Shown: positions 16,465 through 20,000 of the stretch, piece after piece
Position numbering within the stretch: position 1 is the first letter of the stretch
Layout: each line of letters opens with the position of its first letter
Virus record (IMG/VR): IMGVR_UViG_3300005675_000019
From: an uncultured virus (IMG/VR IMGVR_UViG_3300005675_000019)
Taxonomy: Duplodnaviria; Heunggongvirae; Uroviricota; Caudoviricetes
DNA: 20,000 bases
Strand: one strand, 5' to 3'
Made by a program: the position numbers and the translations under genes
Notes under the pieces: model-generated
Seen by the model: the letters and a program-made list of their open reading frames with translations, nothing else
Database searches by the model: none
Told to the model about the DNA's origin: nothing

Positions 16465-16950
16465 TTAGAGCAGTTCGATGACGATGGCAGTACCGACAGC
16501 ACCGGTACCGACCGGGCCGAGGGACACGACGCGGGCCAGGAAGGGCAGAGCCTTCGCGGTCGCCTGGTTGGTGGCGCTGACGACACGGATGGTGGTGCTC
16601 AGCGTTTCGGCGACCTGGACGGCAGCCGGGGCAGCCGCATAGACGTATTCGCCGATGGCGATCACGCCAACGCCGGGAGTCGCTTGCAGGCCATAAGCCG
16701 TGGCGTCCACATAGCCCTTGGTCTGGACGCCGCCGAGGACGTAACCGTCATAGACGCCGGTCTCGACGCTGGTGCAGATGCCTTCGATCGGGTCAGCCGC
16801 CGAGAGCAGGTTGTATTGTGAGTCGCCGGTCAGTTTGACGCCCTTGCCAACGTCCACGTCGGTAAAACGGGTGTTGGCCGCGTTGGCACCAACGCGAGCC
16901 GTGATGATCCGCTCAGACTGAGTTGTCGGCGTAATGAGAAACTTTGCCAT
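16465..16950 (-). CDS. Putative head decoration / cement protein
   Basis: 161 aa, Gly/Ala/Val/Thr-rich beta protein (DVGKGVKL...IEGICTSVE) between protease and capsid genes. Confidence 0.65.
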   Translation of the reverse strand: MAKFLITPTTQSERIITARVGANAANTRFTDVDVGKGVKLTGDSQYNLLSAADPIEGICTSVETGVYDGYVLGGVQTKGYVDATAYGLQATPGVGVIAIGEYVYAAAPAAVQVAETLSTTIRVVSATNQATAKALPFLARVVSLGPVGTGAVGTAIVIELL

Positions 16951-16962
16951 GTTGATATACCC

Positions 16963-17520
16963 TTATTTGGAACCACGTACTGCGTTGAGTTGGGCTTGGG
17001 TCACGTTGGTCATGACATACGCCGCGCTTTTCTTGGGCTCGTTGCTTGCGGAAACCGCTGCAACGCCGCCAATGGGAAACTGTTTCTGGAACAGGTCGGA
17101 CAACCGGGCATGCTCGGCAAGGACCTGCGCTGCTGGCGTGCTGAGGGTTGCGACCGGGGCCGACTTGAGGGCCACCGCCATATTGGTGACGGACTTGACG
17201 GCGATGCTCAGCAAAGGATCTACGGTCGCCTTCAGTTCGGCGAGCTGCTCCTCGACCTTGGCCAGCTTGATGCCAGCCTGCAGAAGTTCGCTGTCCTTGT
17301 CCTTGATCTGCGATTGCAGATACTGAACAGTTGGGTCGCTTGTGGCAACTTTTTCGACTACCTCTTCGGTGGCCGCTTCTTCTTGCACGCCATTGGGAAC
17401 CTCGGCTGTCACGGTTTCGGTTGTATCTGCTTGCTCGATAACTGCCTCCACCACGGCTTCAATAGCCGCTCCTGCGGCCAGAGCTGCGATGTCTGCTTCG
17501 GTCAAAGCCTTTTTGGCCAT
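16963..17520 (-). CDS. Putative nested in-frame scaffold protein (185 aa)
   Basis: In-frame ATG at 17520 (MAKKALTEAD) with GAGG 8 nt upstream and a promoter-like sequence ~65-90 nt upstream. Analogous to lambda C/Nu3. Confidence 0.6.
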   Translation of the reverse strand: MAKKALTEADIAALAAGAAIEAVVEAVIEQADTTETVTAEVPNGVQEEAATEEVVEKVATSDPTVQYLQSQIKDKDSELLQAGIKLAKVEEQLAELKATVDPLLSIAVKSVTNMAVALKSAPVATLSTPAAQVLAEHARLSDLFQKQFPIGGVAAVSASNEPKKSAAYVMTNVTQAQLNAVRGSK

Positions 17521-18408
17521 GGTGGAATCCTCGGGAGTTGTGGGCGCTAGGTCGCCAGATAGCTTGAACCTATTGGTACCAGTATTATCCATAGGTTTTG
17601 ACAATGACGCAAGGATTTTCTTCTTCAGGCCTCCAACCACGGCGTCGAACGTGGTAATGCCATCGGTAAGGCCCACATCTACCGCTGCCTGGCCGATGAA
17701 TTCCTGCCCGTCAGCCATCGTCTTGTCGGTGTACTCATAGGTCCGGCCGCGCATCTCTGCCACGTGATCGACAAAGACTCCGTAGGAGGCGTCAACCATG
17801 GCCTGAATCTGGGCTTCGCCGGCCTTTGTCAGTGGCTCGTTGGAGTCGGCCAGGGCCTTGTACTTGCCCGCACGGATAACCGTTACCGTGACCCCTGCCA
17901 TTTCGTTGGCCTTGGAGTACTCCTTGAACGTGGCCTTGACACCAATACTGCCGACGAGCGCTGCCTTGCCGGAATAGACCCGGCCAGCGGAACAACCCAG
18001 CCAATAAGCAGCGCTGGCCATCGTCTCACCATAGGTGGTGATCGGCTTGACCTTGTGTGCCGCCCTGATCAGCGCACCGGTATCGGCACAGCCAGAGACC
18101 GCGCCACCACCTGAATCGACATCGAGCAGGATCTGCTTCACCTCCGGGTCACTGACGGCAGCCAGGACCGCGTCCCTGATCTCCGGGTAACCGGTTACCC
18201 CGAAGTACTTCAGGTAAGGGCTGTCGCTGTTGACCAGTGGCCCTTTGATCGTGATGGTAGCCAGGCCATCACTCACGGCCAGAAGGCGTGGAGACTCACA
18301 CTCGTCTTCCTTGTCAAAGCCTCCGGCTGCGATCTTGATCTCGGCTTCCATCGCTGTTTCATAGCTGGCTTCTGATCCGGCCCAGCAGCGTTCTTCTTTA
18401 GTGCTCAT
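16963..18408 (-). CDS. S49 family prohead protease with C-terminal scaffold-like region
   Basis: LLDVDSGGG, MASAAYWLG (Ser), VGSIGV, RAGKYK (Lys) motifs. The C-terminal 185 aa are acidic and coiled-coil-like. Confidence 0.93.
   Translation of the reverse strand: MSTKEERCWAGSEASYETAMEAEIKIAAGGFDKEDECESPRLLAVSDGLATITIKGPLVNSDSPYLKYFGVTGYPEIRDAVLAAVSDPEVKQILLDVDSGGGAVSGCADTGALIRAAHKVKPITTYGETMASAAYWLGCSAGRVYSGKAALVGSIGVKATFKEYSKANEMAGVTVTVIRAGKYKALADSNEPLTKAGEAQIQAMVDASYGVFVDHVAEMRGRTYEYTDKTMADGQEFIGQAAVDVGLTDGITTFDAVVGGLKKKILASLSKPMDNTGTNRFKLSGDLAPTTPEDSTMAKKALTEADIAALAAGAAIEAVVEAVIEQADTTETVTAEVPNGVQEEAATEEVVEKVATSDPTVQYLQSQIKDKDSELLQAGIKLAKVEEQLAELKATVDPLLSIAVKSVTNMAVALKSAPVATLSTPAAQVLAEHARLSDLFQKQFPIGGVAAVSASNEPKKSAAYVMTNVTQAQLNAVRGSK
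17584..17612 (-). promoter_or_regulatory. Putative internal sigma70 promoter
   Basis: TTGCGT (17612-17607), 17 bp, GATAAT (17589-17584), in a locally AT-rich patch encoding the protease-scaffold linker. Confidence 0.5.
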
Positions 18409-18447
18409 AGGTATCCTGCAGTGAAATCTTTGGAAGATCAGTGGCCA

Positions 18448-18672
18448 TCAAACTTCCCATCCGGCGTAGTGGTGGATGAATGGTTCTGCGGGCAGGATCG
18501 GGTCCCCGTCTTCGTCGAAGTTGTCCGACGAGTACAACACCGTTCCGTCAGTGTCCCAGTCGTCTGGTACGAGCACGTCAAGCACGTCGAGCCCGGACAC
18601 GGGCAGCCGGTAGTACGTCACGATGTCGGGGATAAGCTCATCGACCGCTGGCTGATAAATCACGCGAATCAT
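18448..18672 (-). CDS. Small acidic hypothetical protein
   Basis: 74 aa. ATGA coupling with the upstream gene and GAGG RBS; fills the gap before the protease gene. Confidence 0.7.
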   Translation of the reverse strand: MIRVIYQPAVDELIPDIVTYYRLPVSGLDVLDVLVPDDWDTDGTVLYSSDNFDEDGDPILPAEPFIHHYAGWEV

Positions 18673-19343
18673 GCGATGCCTCTTTTCAGCTTGAAGATGT
18701 CGAACGTGGATTGCAGCGTTGCCAGTTGCGCAGTACGAGTCGCAAGAGTAGATTCATTCTTCGCCAGATTGCCTTGGCGAGTGGTCAGCCTTGTTTGGTC
18801 AGCCTCGCGTGCAGCCAGTGCCGTGTCGTACTGCGTCTGTCTTGTGGCAAGAGTTGCAGTCCTAGTAGCCACCTGCTCTGGTGTAGTAGCTGCTGCCAGA
18901 CTTGCTTGCGCAGTAGCAAGAGCGGTTGCCCTGGTAGCCAGTAGAGCATTAGAGGCTGTGAGGTCCGCAGTAATGGTCGTAATCTGAGCATTCAGAGTAT
19001 CGATGTTCTGCTGAGTGCCAGCTATCGACACGTTAAGCGCTGCGATTCTCGTAGTCAGATCAAGGTAACGTGCGGCAATTACCTCTTCTCGTCGTAGTGC
19101 GATAGCCTTGAGCTTCTGCGCTTTATGCTCAGCCAGTGCGAGCTTCCGCAACTCCAGTCGAGTCTTTATTGTCTCGCCGGGAGCAGTGAAAGTAGCTGTG
19201 CCAGCGTTATTGACATCCTTGCGCTTTACATTAACAAGAGTAAAAGGCGCTGGCTCAAGAATATCGAACTTGCCGTTTCCGCGATAGACAGAGCCGGGAG
19301 GAATATTAGAATAGGGATGCAGTGTGGCTAGGATATTGCTCAT
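18669..19343 (-). CDS. Hypothetical protein with long Ala/Thr-rich coiled coil
   Basis: 224 aa with ATGA overlaps at both ends and heptad repeats LATRATA / VATRTAT / LATRQTQ / LATRTAQ. Confidence 0.78.
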   Translation of the reverse strand: MSNILATLHPYSNIPPGSVYRGNGKFDILEPAPFTLVNVKRKDVNNAGTATFTAPGETIKTRLELRKLALAEHKAQKLKAIALRREEVIAARYLDLTTRIAALNVSIAGTQQNIDTLNAQITTITADLTASNALLATRATALATAQASLAAATTPEQVATRTATLATRQTQYDTALAAREADQTRLTTRQGNLAKNESTLATRTAQLATLQSTFDIFKLKRGIA

Positions 19344-20000
19344 GCTGTAATCGCCTGTAGTTCTGCGTCGGTCATCTGGTAGTTGTAGATGGCGACGGGG
19401 CCGACGTAGCCGTTGATGGACTGCCCGATTATAATTGTAGCACCAGACCCAAAAGATCCGTCAAATGAGCCAGACGCAGGGGATAGACCATCACCCGTCA
19501 CTTTTAGCCCTGTTCCCCAAGCAATGGCGCGTTTTCTTTTTCCTGTGGAAATATCAGATAGCCCGCTTTTTATTACTATGTTCGTTCCATCATATGCTTT
19601 CCATACGGTATTGGCGTCTCCGGTGTTGATGTATGAAAACCCATCTGAACCAACGAGTACCGCCCTTCGAGACGTCAAAGAGGAGGCAATCTGTGTTTCA
19701 CAATAAAGAGTCCCCACAGCAAAATCAATGTTACTAGCCGTCTGGAACGTCAGCGAATCCGCATTCCTTGTAATCGTCGCAGTCGTCGTAACAATCGGAC
19801 TCGTAGCTACCGAACCCGCCTCATTCTGCACGCAGTCCACGTCTATCGCATCGCCGCTCGTGCTGATCTTGAAACCAACCGATGGGTTAGCCAGTGTTGC
19901 AGTGATCTGTACTCTCGACCACGTGCTGCTGTTGATCTGAGACGTAATGTCTGTCCAGGAACCTCCTCCATCCTGAGTAAAGGAAATAGTCCCGGTTCCA
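19340..20000 (-). CDS. Putative virion fibre / head-spike-like beta protein, 5' end outside the window
   Basis: The frame of ORF 19340-19840 stays open to the right edge (GTGTISFTQDGGGSWTDIT...). QNEAGSVATSPIVTTTATITRNAD resembles the QxExGxxATSxIxT...TRxAD motif of phage fibre proteins, followed by a lectin-like C-terminal domain. Confidence 0.65.
   Translation of the reverse strand, partial: GTGTISFTQDGGGSWTDITSQINSSTWSRVQITATLANPSVGFKISTSGDAIDVDCVQNEAGSVATSPIVTTTATITRNADSLTFQTASNIDFAVGTLYCETQIASSLTSRRAVLVGSDGFSYINTGDANTVWKAYDGTNIVIKSGLSDISTGKRKRAIAWGTGLKVTGDGLSPASGSFDGSFGSGATIIIGQSINGYVGPVAIYNYQMTDAELQAITA

Noticed and set aside
15257..16468. 403-aa plus-strand ORF antisense to the capsid gene
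   Set aside because: Shadow ORF expected from GC-rich codon bias on the coding strand. It has no recognisable motifs and starts inside the terminator.
1..20000. CRISPR array, tRNA/rRNA genes, IS element, diversity-generating retroelement, or recoded stop codons
   Set aside because: By eye I saw no spaced direct-repeat array, RNA gene, transposase or reverse transcriptase. Genes tile normally with TAA, TAG and TGA all used as stops.

Overview
A 20-kb stretch of the virion morphogenesis region of a long-tailed (siphovirus-type) phage or prophage, encoded almost entirely on the minus strand. Read right to left: a partial head-fibre-like protein, a coiled-coil protein, a small acidic protein, S49 prohead protease (probable nested scaffold), decoration protein, major capsid protein, terminator, head-tail connector, a T4-type lysozyme, head-closure-like protein, tail completion protein, tail terminator, major tail protein, tail chaperones with a -1 frameshift, tape measure protein (crossing a 159-N assembly gap), and a GTA-like tail tip (DUF2460-like Dit, DUF2163/BR0599-like hub, NlpC/P60, and a >1160-aa tail-tip protein missing from the ORF track because it runs off the left edge). 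Two plus-strand units interrupt the operon: a ribbon-helix-helix gene coupled to a GIY-YIG/NUMOD3 endonuclease with its own promoter, and a small HTH gene. The most notable observations are: (1) a structured intergenic RNA whose loop is complementary to the chaperone Shine-Dalgarno; (2) the RHH-endonuclease cassette; (3) a ~30-bp promoter/RBS shared in inverted orientation by the HTH gene and the neck operon, which also meet at a 16-bp palindrome; (4) an apparently triplicated head-closure protein; (5) a lysozyme placed among the neck genes. All family assignments come from motif recognition by eye; no database searches were run.
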